DNA from: a bacterium
GTDB lineage: Bacteria > Patescibacteriota > Microgenomatia > UBA8517
Direction: 5' to 3'
Assembly: GCA_030583725.1 (NCBI GenBank)
Contig: CP129472.1
Span: 401,701 to 465,700, forward strand
DNA length: 64,000 nt
Below the pieces are notes generated by a model. It saw only the letters and a program-made list of their open reading frames with translations, was not told where the DNA came from and made no database searches. Made by a program: the position numbers and the translations under genes. Of the stretch, positions 28,482 to 38,652 are shown in pieces. Numbering within the stretch: position 1 is the stretch's first letter; each line of letters starts with the position of its first letter.

Positions 28482-29588
28482 TTAATCCTCTTTATTCTCT
28501 TCACCTATTTCTGTAGGTAATTTTTTACCAGAAGTCATGACATTTCTAATCTTTTTCTCTATTTCATCTGCAAATTTTTCATTTTCTTTAAAGTGAACTT
28601 TAACACCCTCTCTACCTTGGGCAACTACTTTTCCGTCATAATTGAAAAATGATCCAGATTTAGTTATGATCCCCAAGTCAACTGCCACATCTAATAAATT
28701 GCCAGACTTACTAATTCCCTCATCATTCATAATATCAAATTCAGCTACTCGAAGTGGTGGAGCTACTTTATTTTTAACAACCCTAACTCTTACCCTTGTA
28801 CCAATAACCATGTCTGCCTCACCTTTAATTGATTCAACCCTTCTGATGTCTAGTCTAACCGAAGAATAAAACTTTAAGGCCATACCCCCCGTTGTGGTTT
28901 CAGGATTACCAAACATCACACCAATTTTTTGTCTTAACTGGTTTGTAAATATTAAAACTGTTTTACTTTTACTAATTGCTCCAGTTAATTTTCTTAACGC
29001 TTGGCTCATCAAACGAGCTTGTAAACCCATTACTGCATCTCCCATCTGGCCTTCAAGCTCTGCTCTTGGAACTAGGGCTGCAACTGAGTCAACAACTATG
29101 ACATCAAGTGCTCCACTTCTTACTAATGTTTCTGTTATTTCTAATGCCTGCTCACCAGTGTCTGGTTGAGAAAGTAATAAATCATCAAGATTTACACCAA
29201 TTGTTTCAGCTCTTACTGGGTCAAGAGCATGCTCCGCATCAACAAATGCACACTGACCACCAGTTTTTTGAGCTTGAGCAACAACAGACAGTGCCAAGGT
29301 AGTTTTTCCAGATGCCTCAGGACCATAAATTTCAACAATCCTGCCGCGTGGAAGTCCACCAACTCCAAGGGCTAGATCAAGAGCAATAGAACCAGTTGGA
29401 ATAACTTCAATCTGGGCCATTTTTTCTGCATTTCCACCAAGCCTCATAATTGAACCTTTACCATATTGTTTGTCGATTTGTTCCATAGCGATTTTAATTG
29501 CTTGGAGTTTTTGAGCTGAACCTTCTTGTTTTGTTGGAGCTACTACTGTGTCTTGTTTCTTTTTTGCCATATGTTTATATTTACACAA
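28482..29588 (-). CDS. recA: recombinase RecA
   Basis: Walker [14 protein letters not shown]1/L2 loop blocks and the full RecA core. 368 aa. Confidence 0.9.
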   Translation of the reverse strand: MCKYKHMAKKKQDTVVAPTKQEGSAQKLQAIKIAMEQIDKQYGKGSIMRLGGNAEKMAQIEVIPTGSIALDLALGVGGLPRGRIVEIYGPEASGKTTLALSVVAQAQKTGGQCAFVDAEHALDPVRAETIGVNLDDLLLSQPDTGEQALEITETLVRSGALDVIVVDSVAALVPRAELEGQMGDAVMGLQARLMSQALRKLTGAISKSKTVLIFTNQLRQKIGVMFGNPETTTGGMALKFYSSVRLDIRRVESIKGEADMVIGTRVRVRVVKNKVAPPLRVAEFDIMNDEGISKSGNLLDVAVDLGIITKSGSFFNYDGKVVAQGREGVKVHFKENEKFADEIEKKIRNVMTSGKKLPTEIGEENKED

Positions 29589-29623
29589 TAATACGAACTA
29601 TTACCAAATGCAAGTGGGTAAAA

Positions 29624-29971
29624 TTATTGATCTTGAAATCTTACGAAATAAAATTCGGATTCGGTATCAGAATTATTTTCAATTTCATGCTTTATACCAG
29701 AAGGAAATATAAATCTGTCTCCAACTTTATACTCTTCTATTTTTCCGTCTATATCTTTGATTATTCCATTACCTTTTGTGACTACACAAATCTCAACAAT
29801 GTTATTGTGGTCATGCATTTCCCATTTAACCCCTGCGGGTAAGTAACCGTAAGTCATAGCTTCAAAATATTTCGAAGTTGTTTGATCTTTAGAAACAATC
29901 ATTTTTCTAGAACCAGAATTATGTGATGTCTCTTCAATTTGAATGTTGTTTAAGTTAATCTTTGAAAACAT
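29624..29971 (-). CDS. cupin-domain protein
   Basis: Small beta-barrel cupin motifs (HDHNNIVEICVV..G, GDRFIFPSGIKHEIEN). The plausible start is the Met at 29971. The ORF track's extension to 30121 is likely spurious. Confidence 0.5.
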   Translation of the reverse strand: MFSKINLNNIQIEETSHNSGSRKMIVSKDQTTSKYFEAMTYGYLPAGVKWEMHDHNNIVEICVVTKGNGIIKDIDGKIEEYKVGDRFIFPSGIKHEIENNSDTESEFYFVRFQDQ

Positions 29972-30084
29972 ATTTATATTATATCTTTGTCGGAGATGAG
30001 TGAGTCGCACACTCGCCAGATGCACCCCATGCACCCATTCTACTCTTAAACTAATCTCCGTCAGAAACATTTTATCAAAAAACA

Positions 30085-30130
30085 AACTGTTACATTTTGT
30101 AACGGTTTCAGAAGGTGACAATTTGTCACC
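30085..30130. promoter_or_regulatory. two adjacent operator-like inverted repeats
   Basis: AAACTGTTACA-ttt-TGTAACGGTTT (11-bp arms, 1 mismatch) and GGTGACA-att-TGTCACC (7-bp perfect arms). They lie about 120-150 nt upstream of the cupin start, downstream of the convergently ending ABC permease. Confidence 0.3.
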
Positions 30131-30165
30131 GACTGAATTTCCAACCGATCACCAATTGTGACCGT

Positions 30166-31371
30166 TTATTCATACCTTATCGCATCAATTGGTGATAGTT
30201 TTGCTGCACGACGGGCAGGAAATACTCCAAATAATATTCCTATTCCTGACGAAACAAAAAGTGCTACCAAAACTGCAACTAAATTTAAACTTGCTGGGAA
30301 GAAAAATCTAATACCCCAAACAATTATTGCAGAAAAGATTAAACCTACAATCCCTCCCATAAGCGACAAGACAACAGACTCTGTCAAAAACTGAGAAAGT
30401 ATATCCTTTTCAGTTGCACCTATTGCACGTCTGATTCCAATTTCTTTTGTCCTTTCTGTCACAGTTGCATACATTATATTCATAATCCCAATACCCCCAA
30501 CAAAAAGCGATATTGAACCTATGGCTACTAAGATGGTGTTTATAATTCCAAATATTTGGTTAACAGACGATAATATTTGGGACTGCTCAGTAACAGAAAA
30601 ATCATCTTCGTTATATCTTTTTAGTAGAACCTGCTTTGAGGCCTCCTTAACTGTAGGTATTTTTTCCTCTGTCGTTGTGGCTATATAAATATTAAAAAAA
30701 GTTTTAGAAGGATTTAGGCTACCATATGTTGCAGTGTAGGGGACAAACAAACCATCGTCCAATTGTTGATCACCTTTTTTCTTGGCCAATCCTACAACAT
30801 TAAATCTCACATCGTTTGCTTTTACAGTTTGCCCCAATGCTAATTCTGGGTCTCCAAATAACTTTTCTGCCATCGTAAAACCTATAACTGCCTTTTTTGA
30901 CTTTCCTAAAACATCTCCACTTCCAAACTGTCGTCCCTCAACAAGTTCTATGTTTAAAGCTTCAAAAGCGTCATCTGATGTGCCTATCACATATCCAAGT
31001 TTTTTTGTCTTGGTACTAGATAACGCCAAACTCTTAGTAAAAAGTGGTATTACATATTTAACATCACTCACTTTTTGTAAACTTTTCAAATCTTTTTCGT
31101 CAAAATTTGCACCCCCGGCAAAACCCGCTCCAAAATTACCACCAGCGCCGCTATCTTCTGAGAATACACTACCAGGAAAAACAATTAGCAAGTTTGCTCC
31201 CAAGCTTTCAAACTGCTCTTCAATGTAGTTTTTAAGTCCCAACCCCAAGGCAATCAATAAAACAACAGACATAACTCCAACAGTGATACCTAAAGATGTT
31301 AGAAAGGTTCTGATTTTATTTCTCTTAAAGTCATCAATTGCTGTCTTAATCAAATTTATGTAAGTATTCAT
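30166..31371 (-). CDS. ABC transporter permease, MacB/FtsX-like
   Basis: N-terminal TM, a large periplasmic MacB-PCD-like domain and a C-terminal FtsX 3-TM bundle. Confidence 0.7.
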   Translation of the reverse strand: MNTYINLIKTAIDDFKRNKIRTFLTSLGITVGVMSVVLLIALGLGLKNYIEEQFESLGANLLIVFPGSVFSEDSGAGGNFGAGFAGGANFDEKDLKSLQKVSDVKYVIPLFTKSLALSSTKTKKLGYVIGTSDDAFEALNIELVEGRQFGSGDVLGKSKKAVIGFTMAEKLFGDPELALGQTVKANDVRFNVVGLAKKKGDQQLDDGLFVPYTATYGSLNPSKTFFNIYIATTTEEKIPTVKEASKQVLLKRYNEDDFSVTEQSQILSSVNQIFGIINTILVAIGSISLFVGGIGIMNIMYATVTERTKEIGIRRAIGATEKDILSQFLTESVVLSLMGGIVGLIFSAIIVWGIRFFFPASLNLVAVLVALFVSSGIGILFGVFPARRAAKLSPIDAIRYE

Positions 31372-31377
31372 AGTAAT

Positions 31378-32082
31378 TTAATATTTCTTAACCACTTTCC
31401 CATCTTTAACATATATTTTTCTTCTTGTTCTGTCCGCGACTGACTTCTCATGGGTAACTATAACAACTGTGACCCCAGTCTTTTTATTTAAGTCTTCCAA
31501 GATATCAAGAATCTCATCTCCAGTTTTACTATCTAAATTGCCAGTTGGCTCATCTGCCAATATCAAGTCAGGACTCATAATTAGAGATCTTGCAATAGCT
31601 GTTCTCTGTTGCTGACCACCAGATATTTTATTGGGGTAAAAATTTAGCCTTTCACCCATTCCAAACTTTACTAACAAGTCTGAAGCTTTTTTATATGGAT
31701 CAAAATCCAACTTTTTCTTTGAATAAATTGCAGGCAAGGCAACATTTTCTAAAACGGTCAACTTATTTATTAAATTAAACTGTTGAAAAACAAACCCGAC
31801 ATATGAATTCCGGAGAACAGAAATTTGGTCATCTGACATTTTTGAAATATCTTTTCCATTTATCAAAACAGTACCCGTTGTCGGTCTGTCTAGTAACCCA
31901 ATGATATGCATAATTGTAGACTTACCAGAACCTGAAGCACCCAGGATACTCACATACTCACCTTTTTTTATTTTTAAACTTGCACCGTCAACTGCATAGA
32001 CAGTATCCTCTCCTAAAATATAAGTCTTATTAATGTTTACAACATCAATCATATATTGTTTGACCCTCGATGATGTCTCCAA
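31378..32082 (-). CDS. ABC transporter ATP-binding protein (MacB/LolD type)
   Basis: Walker A GASGSGKST, signature SGGQQQRTAIARSL, Walker B ILADEPTGNLD and an H-loop. Confidence 0.8.
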   Translation of the reverse strand: METSSRVKQYMIDVVNINKTYILGEDTVYAVDGASLKIKKGEYVSILGASGSGKSTIMHIIGLLDRPTTGTVLINGKDISKMSDDQISVLRNSYVGFVFQQFNLINKLTVLENVALPAIYSKKKLDFDPYKKASDLLVKFGMGERLNFYPNKISGGQQQRTAIARSLIMSPDLILADEPTGNLDSKTGDEILDILEDLNKKTGVTVVIVTHEKSVADRTRRKIYVKDGKVVKKY

Positions 32083-33046
32083 TAACTTCTATATTATCTT
32101 CAGATTCTATGCCTGTTTCAATATAAACTTTCTCACCTTTTCTGTTAACTTTTAGGTACTTACCCTGTTTATCCTGTTTAACATAGTTAAATGGAACATA
32201 TAATATATTTTCCTTTTCAGACACTGTAAATTTTGCATCCCCAGACATGGCAATTTTAAAGTTAAGATATTCGTCTGTCTCAAAGTTTACTTTAATCAAA
32301 TAAACTGACCCCGCTTCTCCGATTTTTGGTGTAAATGAAATATTTCTTACACTACCCTGGTACTCTTTGTCTTCAAAGGCGTCTAGAACAATCCTTACTT
32401 TTTGGCCGACAGTTAATTTTGTAACTTCGGTTTGATCAGCCAAAACTCCAAAATAAATAGTTTTGGGATCTATTATTTCTGCCTCTACAGTACCTATGTT
32501 TGTATAAACGCCGGTGAAGGGGTGGGCTAAAAATGTGATAGTTCCATCAAACGGTGCATATAGACTGGCCCCATCTAAGTTTCTTTTTGCTGAAATTACC
32601 GCTTCATAGGCTTTATCTTTATTAGCTTCGGCAGTCGTCCTTTGATCTTTCTGTGCATAGGTTTCGTCATCATTATGACCCTTGACCTGATCAAGTACAT
32701 TCTCTGCAGTAGCTGAATATATTCTCAAATTAGATAAGGCGATTTGATAACTTGAATTTAAGACGGTTGTGTCAAGTTTACTTATCAACCTCCCTCGTTT
32801 TACAGACTCTCCTTCCTCTACCCCGACATAAACAATTTTTCCTGATGTCTCAAATAGTAGCTTTGCATAATTAGTGGCATTAATCTCACCTGAAAGAATT
32901 AATTCCTCGCTTAAATTCCCTCTTTGAATAGTTGAGGTCTTAATGTCGGCATTTTTACTTCTTAAACCAAAAAACAGTATTCCAGTTAGTATTAATACTG
33001 CAACAATTATTATTTTCCATCTTTTTTGCAGGAATGTTCTTACCAT
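32045..33046 (-). CDS. HlyD/MacA-like periplasmic adaptor (membrane-fusion) protein
   Basis: N-terminal TM, lipoyl/beta-barrel-like segments and operon context with the MacB-like ATPase and permease. Confidence 0.55.
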   Translation of the reverse strand: MVRTFLQKRWKIIIVAVLILTGILFFGLRSKNADIKTSTIQRGNLSEELILSGEINATNYAKLLFETSGKIVYVGVEEGESVKRGRLISKLDTTVLNSSYQIALSNLRIYSATAENVLDQVKGHNDDETYAQKDQRTTAEANKDKAYEAVISAKRNLDGASLYAPFDGTITFLAHPFTGVYTNIGTVEAEIIDPKTIYFGVLADQTEVTKLTVGQKVRIVLDAFEDKEYQGSVRNISFTPKIGEAGSVYLIKVNFETDEYLNFKIAMSGDAKFTVSEKENILYVPFNYVKQDKQGKYLKVNRKGEKVYIETGIESEDNIEVIGDIIEGQTIYD

Positions 33047-33067
33047 ACTTACATTATATATGAAGTT

Positions 33068-33475
33068 CTAACGCTTTGGTGACTGCTTCTTTCTTCTTGC
33101 TTTTCCGCCTGTTCCTACCATTCTTCTAAGTCTTGCTCTTGGATCACGAGTCAAAAGGTTGTTATCTTTTAAAACTGACCTAAACTTTTCAGAATTAACA
33201 CCAACTAAAGCCCTTGAAATACCGTGTACAATTGCCTCCAGTTGTCCCTCTTTACCACCACCAACAACCCTTGCAGTAAAAAAGTATTTACCTTCGGTGT
33301 CTGTTAATTTAAAAGGCTTACTGATTACAATTTCTGGAACCTTACCCTGATAGATTTCAGAGATCTTCTTTCCATTAATTAAGTTGATACCACTACCCTT
33401 ATATAGCCTAATTCTAGCCGAAGATCTTTTTCTTCTTCCAATCGCATAAGTGTAGTTTGTTTTTGCTTTTGCCAT
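33068..33475 (-). CDS. rpsI: 30S ribosomal protein S9
   Basis: S9 family blocks and a basic C-tail ending KR. Confidence 0.85.
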   Translation of the reverse strand: MAKAKTNYTYAIGRRKRSSARIRLYKGSGINLINGKKISEIYQGKVPEIVISKPFKLTDTEGKYFFTARVVGGGKEGQLEAIVHGISRALVGVNSEKFRSVLKDNNLLTRDPRARLRRMVGTGGKARRKKQSPKR

Positions 33476-33480
33476 TATTT

Positions 33481-33894
33481 TTAGATAAATCTACTTTCAA
33501 ATTTGTGTTTTAAACCCTTAGTAATATGTAGTCTAACCATCCTCTTTGATTTTAATCTATTGTCAGGAAGCATTCCAGCTATTGCAAATTCAATAATTCT
33601 GGCCGGATGCTCTTTACTCATTTTTTCAAAACTAACCTCTTTAAAACCCCCTGGATAGCCTGAATGACTTCTATATACCTTTTGTTCTGCTTTTTTACCA
33701 GTAACTTTAATTTTCTCGGCATTAATCACAACCACATTGTCGCCAGAATCCATATGTGTTGAATATACCGCCTTATGTTTACCCATTAAAAGAATTGCAA
33801 CTTTTGATGCCAGTCTTCCCAATACCTGCCCATTTGCATCAATCAAGTGCCAACTCCTAGTAACTTCTTTTTGTTTTGGTTGATATGTTTTCAT
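33481..33894 (-). CDS. rplM: 50S ribosomal protein L13
   Basis: N-terminus MKTYQPKQKEVTRSWHLIDANGQVLGRLAS is typical of L13. Confidence 0.85.
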   Translation of the reverse strand: MKTYQPKQKEVTRSWHLIDANGQVLGRLASKVAILLMGKHKAVYSTHMDSGDNVVVINAEKIKVTGKKAEQKVYRSHSGYPGGFKEVSFEKMSKEHPARIIEFAIAGMLPDNRLKSKRMVRLHITKGLKHKFESRFI

Positions 33895-33904
33895 TATTTT
33901 AGTT

Positions 33905-34336
33905 TTACTTTTTTATAGACTTTTTGACTTTACTAACGGTTTTCTTGGATTTTTCCTCTTTTTTCACTGCTTTGACTATTGTTTCAACCCACTCTAATCT
34001 GACCATTTCGGCCATGTCGCCCTTCCTCTGTGTTAGGGGTATAATTCTTGTAAAACCGCTCGGTCTGTCTTTAAAAGCTTGCGACACCTCTGTCCACAGT
34101 TTTGTAGAAACTTCTTTGTTTCCTTTTAGTCTCTTTAGAACCTGTCTTTTTGAAGCCAAGGTATCTTTTTTAGCCAGAACAACAAGTCGGTCAATAAGAC
34201 CGATTATAGATTTTGCTTTGGCTTTGGTTGTCTTGATTTTTCCATTTAGAACCAAATCACAAACCAAGCCCACAAATAATAATTCTCTAGAAGATCTTTC
34301 GCGAGAAAGCTTTCTTCCAAAAACTCGTTTGTTCAT
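33905..34336 (-). CDS. rplQ: 50S ribosomal protein L17
   Basis: L17 N-terminal block (RKLSRERSSRELL) and a Lys-rich C-terminal extension. Confidence 0.85.
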   Translation of the reverse strand: MNKRVFGRKLSRERSSRELLFVGLVCDLVLNGKIKTTKAKAKSIIGLIDRLVVLAKKDTLASKRQVLKRLKGNKEVSTKLWTEVSQAFKDRPSGFTRIIPLTQRKGDMAEMVRLEWVETIVKAVKKEEKSKKTVSKVKKSIKK

Positions 34337-34370
34337 AAATCGATACGTTTTAAAAACAGCTTAAGGCTAT

Positions 34371-35279
34371 TTAAAACGAAACCCCTTTCTCTCCAAGTGC
34401 AGCTGAAATAATTTTAAGAGATTTTTCTCCCAAATTCCTTACTTTAACTAATTCATTCTTGTCAGCTTTTACTAGGGCGTCAACTGTTTCAAACCCTGCT
34501 TTACTTAAAGCATTAGCAACTCTTGTTGGAAGACCAATCTCTTCGACAGAGAGTCTACCAACTGGTCCCAAGTCACTAACTGACACCTCTTCCTTTTCTA
34601 CTTTGACTTTGACAGGGCTAACAATCTGGGAAAAATAAGCCATCAAGGTTTTTGAGGCTTCAACTACTGCATCTAATGCCTTAATTGTTCCATCTGTCCA
34701 AACTTCTAGGGTAAGTTTGTCGTAGTTAGTTAATCTTCCTACACGTGTTTCTTCTACTTTGTAATTTACCCTAACTATTGGTGAGAATGATGCATCAAGT
34801 GGAATCATACCAATTTCAGTTGATGATTTTGTTTCTGCTGGAACATATCCAGTTCCTGATTCTATAATTATGTCAGCGTCAAGTTTTGCACCCTTGTTTA
34901 AAACGGCCAAAACTAATTCAGGATTTGATACTGTAACTCCAGCTGGAACTTTAATATCTCCCGCTTTAACTTCACCTGTAGTATTTACTTTCAAACTAGC
35001 ATTTGCTGGTTTTTCACCATCATAGGATACTCTTACTTTTTTAAGATTTAAGCAGAATTCAACAACATCCTCTTTCATTCCTGACAGACTTGAGAATTGA
35101 TGATTAACACCAGCAATTTTAACTGATGTTATTGCAGCACCTGATAGGGAGGTAAGTAAAACTCTCCTTAAAGAATTTCCTAAAGTAAATCCGTAACCCT
35201 GCTCCAAAGGAGTGATTACTAGACTTGAGTAATTTTTTTCTTTCTTTTCTTCTTTTATTTCAAATATTGGTTGCGACAT
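34371..35279 (-). CDS. rpoA: DNA-directed RNA polymerase subunit alpha
   Basis: GNSLRRVLLTSLSGAAIT block, NTD and CTD present. Confidence 0.85.
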   Translation of the reverse strand: MSQPIFEIKEEKKEKNYSSLVITPLEQGYGFTLGNSLRRVLLTSLSGAAITSVKIAGVNHQFSSLSGMKEDVVEFCLNLKKVRVSYDGEKPANASLKVNTTGEVKAGDIKVPAGVTVSNPELVLAVLNKGAKLDADIIIESGTGYVPAETKSSTEIGMIPLDASFSPIVRVNYKVEETRVGRLTNYDKLTLEVWTDGTIKALDAVVEASKTLMAYFSQIVSPVKVKVEKEEVSVSDLGPVGRLSVEEIGLPTRVANALSKAGFETVDALVKADKNELVKVRNLGEKSLKIISAALGEKGVSF

Positions 35280-35316
35280 AAAATATCACCTCCTTAAAGG
35301 TTTTCGTATTGTATCA

Positions 35317-35919
35317 TTATCGTGAGTAGAACTCAACGATATCTTGTTCTGAAACTTGCTCTGTTATATCTTCTCTTTTAGGTTCAGATTTAACATTGCC
35401 CACATAAGCTTTTCTGGTTAACCAGCTTGGTGTTTCATACTCCTCCTGATCAATTAACTTTTTAAGATTTTGGTTCTCTGCAATTTTTGAAGTCAAACTA
35501 ATCACGTCACCAACCTGAACTTGGTATGATGCAATGTTTAACTTTTTTCCATTCACTAAAATATGTCTGTGAGAAACCAACTGTCTTGCCATTGGTCTGC
35601 TTTCGGCAAATCCCAATTTATAGACAACATTATCCAACCTTTTTTCTAAAAGTATCAAGAGAGCCTCACCAGTATTTCCTTTTGATTTTAAGGCTTTTTC
35701 GACATATATTCTGAATTGTTTCTCTAAAATTCCATAGATCCTTTTGACCTTTTGTTTTTCACGAAGTTGCTTTCCATATTGTGATTGATTTCTCATTTGA
35801 CCTTTTGGCCCGTGAACACCTGGAGTTATAAGGAGTCTTGTCAATTTTGCACCCTTACCAAAAAGGTCTATCCCTTCTCTTCTTGATAATCTGTCTTTTG
35901 GTCCGTTATATTTTGCCAT
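35317..35919 (-). CDS. rpsD: 30S ribosomal protein S4
   Basis: MAKYNGPKDRLSRREG N-terminus and an S4 RNA-binding domain. Confidence 0.85.
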   Translation of the reverse strand: MAKYNGPKDRLSRREGIDLFGKGAKLTRLLITPGVHGPKGQMRNQSQYGKQLREKQKVKRIYGILEKQFRIYVEKALKSKGNTGEALLILLEKRLDNVVYKLGFAESRPMARQLVSHRHILVNGKKLNIASYQVQVGDVISLTSKIAENQNLKKLIDQEEYETPSWLTRKAYVGNVKSEPKREDITEQVSEQDIVEFYSR

Positions 35920-35961
35920 TTTGTTATATTTTTAATTTCTAATTAATAATTTTGCTTGTAA

Positions 35962-36339
35962 CTACACTCTCCTCTTCTTTTTTGGTCTAGGTCCATTGTG
36001 TGGTATTGGTGTAACATCAGCAATTAAAGACAACTTAACACCTGAGGCCTTAATGGCTCGTAGCGCAGCGTCCCGTCCTGGTCCTGGACCTTTGACATAG
36101 ACCTCAACCTCCTCAACTCCTTTATCCTTAGCTTTCTTGATTGCTGTTTCTAGTGCTGTGGTTGCAGCAAATGGGGTTGACTTTCTTGTCCCTTTAAAAC
36201 CAGATGCTCCAGAAGAACACCAAGCAATAGTACCACCCTGAGTATCACAAATATTAACTAAAGTATTGTTAAAGGATGCAGAAATATAAATTTTTGCAAG
36301 TCCTTGATCTTTAATTACTTTATTTTTTTTATTTGCCAT
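35962..36339 (-). CDS. rpsK: 30S ribosomal protein S11
   Basis: S11 family blocks ([16 protein letters not shown]). Confidence 0.85.
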   Translation of the reverse strand: MANKKNKVIKDQGLAKIYISASFNNTLVNICDTQGGTIAWCSSGASGFKGTRKSTPFAATTALETAIKKAKDKGVEEVEVYVKGPGPGRDAALRAIKASGVKLSLIADVTPIPHNGPRPKKKRRV

Positions 36340-36350
36340 CTTTTAATGTT

Positions 36351-36749
36351 TTATTTTTGAGCTGTTTTTGTTTTTGCTAAGGCTTCTTTCTTGAAAGCTC
36401 CAACAGTTTTTCTCTTGCCCCTCTTGGTTCTAGCATTTGTCTTGGTCCTTTGACCCCTTACAGGTAATCCTTTTGAGTGTCTAATACCACGATATGACCC
36501 AATTGCTTGAAGTCTAGTAATATTTGACCTAACCCTTCTTATTAAGTCTCCCTCAGTCGGAAATTCTTCTATTTTACTTGATATTTTATTTAATTCCTCT
36601 AGGGAAAAATCTTTAACTCTTTTACTGTCATCAATTTTTAAACTTTTAAGAAGTTTTCTTGAAACAGCCCAACCTATACCCTTAATTCGGGTTAGAGCAA
36701 AATCAATTCTATTATTATCGTTTAGTTCTATTCCTGATATTCTTGCCAT
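36351..36749 (-). CDS. rpsM: 30S ribosomal protein S13
   Basis: MARISGIELNDNNRIDFALTRIKGIG N-terminus. Confidence 0.85.
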   Translation of the reverse strand: MARISGIELNDNNRIDFALTRIKGIGWAVSRKLLKSLKIDDSKRVKDFSLEELNKISSKIEEFPTEGDLIRRVRSNITRLQAIGSYRGIRHSKGLPVRGQRTKTNARTKRGKRKTVGAFKKEALAKTKTAQK

Positions 36750-36801
36750 ATATTTTAGTTTACCTTTGCTTGACCTAACAATGCGTTAGCAGTGCCAAGG
36801 T

Positions 36802-36915
36802 TTAGCCCTGTCTAGCCTTGTGTCTTGGATTTTTACAAATCAATCGTAAAACCCCAGCCCTTTTTATAAGCTTACAATCTTTACACCTTGGTTTTATTGA
36901 CGCTAGTACTTTCAT
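36802..36915 (-). CDS. rpmJ: 50S ribosomal protein L36 (not in ORF track)
   Basis: The minus-strand ORF encodes [37 protein letters not shown], 37 aa with the C..C...C..H zinc ribbon of L36. It sits at the expected position between infA and rpsM. Confidence 0.7.
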   Translation of the reverse strand: MKVLASIKPRCKDCKLIKRAGVLRLICKNPRHKARQG

Positions 36916-36992
36916 AATTTTAATTTCAAGCTATGCTTATAATATTCTTATTGTCTTATTTAAATGACATATTACAAGCCATGCTTATAATT

Positions 36993-37217
36993 TTATTTAC
37001 CATACTTAAAAACTATTCTACCTCTATCCTGATCATATTTTGTCATCTCCACTTTTACTTTATCTCCAGGAAAAACTCTAACATAGGCCTTTCTCATTTT
37101 ACCTTTCAATGTCGTTAGTAAACTTTTTCCTTCAGCGGTAACTACCCTAAACATAGTATTTGGTAAAAGTTCAGTTACTGTTCCCTCTAAAATATAAGTA
37201 TCACTATTTGTTTTCAT
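36993..37217 (-). CDS. infA: translation initiation factor IF-1
   Basis: MKTNSDTYILEGTVTELLPNTMFRV S1-like fold. Start taken at the second Met of the ORF-track ORF. Confidence 0.8.
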   Translation of the reverse strand: MKTNSDTYILEGTVTELLPNTMFRVVTAEGKSLLTTLKGKMRKAYVRVFPGDKVKVEMTKYDQDRGRIVFKYGK

Positions 37218-37235
37218 ACCAAAATAAGTCACATT

Positions 37236-37991
37236 CTATGTGACTATTTTAAATCCTTTCTCTGTTACGATTATAGTATCTTCGAAAAGCCCTGCTATTT
37301 TACCATCCTGGGTGGCTATTGTCCACCAGTCATTTTCTTTGATTAGGTTTGGTTTACCCATTACATACATCACCTCAACAGCCAAGGCCATTCCAGGTAC
37401 AATTTTTTCTGTTTCTACCCTTAAACCTTCTGTAAAACAAGGAATATGGGGGTGCTCGTGAAGATTTCTACCAATACCGTGGCCAGTTAGGTCTAGTATT
37501 GGGGAATAGCCATATTTTTTTAAAGATTTTTCCATAGCAGATGAAATATCATAAATATAACTATTATTTGGAACTATGGCTGAAACCGCATTTTTAAAGG
37601 CTTCCTTTCCAGAGTTGAGGAATTTTTCTACTTCCTTTGAGGGATTGATGGCTAGACTGACTGAAGTATCAGTATGAAACCCCTTATAATATAACCCTAA
37701 ATCAATACTTACCAAATCTCCTTCTTTAAAAATCAAATTCTTGTGGGGTATGCCGTGTACAACGCCTTCATTAACGTTTACACAAGTTGACCATTTATAG
37801 CCAGAGACCATTTTAAATGATGGCTTAGCCCCTGACTTTATTATTAAGTCTTCCGCTGTCTTATCAATTTCGCCAGCAGACACTCCGGCTTTTACTTTTT
37901 TAACCAAATCTAGTTTAATCGAATGAAGTTTTTTACCTCCCTCTTCCATAATTTTTAGCTCTTCTGGAGTTTTGATGTCTATTTTATTCAT
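37236..37991 (-). CDS. map: type I methionine aminopeptidase
   Basis: Pita-bread fold metal ligands (D...D...H...E...E pattern, HGIGRNLHEHP). Confidence 0.8.
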   Translation of the reverse strand: MNKIDIKTPEELKIMEEGGKKLHSIKLDLVKKVKAGVSAGEIDKTAEDLIIKSGAKPSFKMVSGYKWSTCVNVNEGVVHGIPHKNLIFKEGDLVSIDLGLYYKGFHTDTSVSLAINPSKEVEKFLNSGKEAFKNAVSAIVPNNSYIYDISSAMEKSLKKYGYSPILDLTGHGIGRNLHEHPHIPCFTEGLRVETEKIVPGMALAVEVMYVMGKPNLIKENDWWTIATQDGKIAGLFEDTIIVTEKGFKIVT

Positions 37992-38025
37992 AGCGATAGT
38001 TGAATTTCATAACGACAGTGGTACT

Positions 38026-38652
38026 TCATTTGAAGCTCTCTATTAGTTTAACTAAATCGGTCTGAATTTCGCTTATAGATCTTGTTCCATCAATACTCAC
38101 CACTTTTGATGTTTTTGACATTTCAGCAATTAATGGTTCGGTATTTTCTTTATATAACTCCAGTCTTTTTTTGATAGCGTCTGGTTTGTCATCGTCTCTT
38201 TGAACCAAAGTGTTAATATCAACATCCTCTGGTGGCTTATCGGTTATTAAGTTATATATCTTCTCAGTTTTGGGGTCTTGTCTTCTGGCGCTTAACCTTC
38301 TGACTGTTTCCTCTTCTGGAATTTTCAAAACTATACAGAGATCAATTTTTACAGACTTATCTGTTAACCACATTTTTAAAAAGCTATATTGGTCTAAAGT
38401 TCTTGGAAAACCATCAAAAATAATGTCATCATATAAATGTTCCTGATCTAGGAAAGCCGTTAGATAAGATGTCATTTCTTTATCTGGAACCAACCTACCT
38501 GAGTCAATAATAGTCTTTATTTCAAGGTGCTTATCTGCAATTCTTCTTAAATATGCACCAGATTCAAAATAAAAGAATCCAAATTTTTCACATAAAAGTC
38601 TTGCCTGTGTTCCTTTTCCAGAACCTTGTGGACCTAACAAAATTATATTCAT
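38026..38652 (-). CDS. adk: adenylate kinase
   Basis: MNIILLGPQGSGKGTQA P-loop and LID region. Confidence 0.85.
   Translation of the reverse strand: MNIILLGPQGSGKGTQARLLCEKFGFFYFESGAYLRRIADKHLEIKTIIDSGRLVPDKEMTSYLTAFLDQEHLYDDIIFDGFPRTLDQYSFLKMWLTDKSVKIDLCIVLKIPEEETVRRLSARRQDPKTEKIYNLITDKPPEDVDINTLVQRDDDKPDAIKKRLELYKENTEPLIAEMSKTSKVVSIDGTRSISEIQTDLVKLIESFK

Noticed and set aside
29972-30121. 50-aa N-terminal extension of the cupin ORF
   Set aside because: The cupin fold starts at the internal Met at 29971. The extension runs through the palindrome-containing intergenic region and has an unlikely composition.
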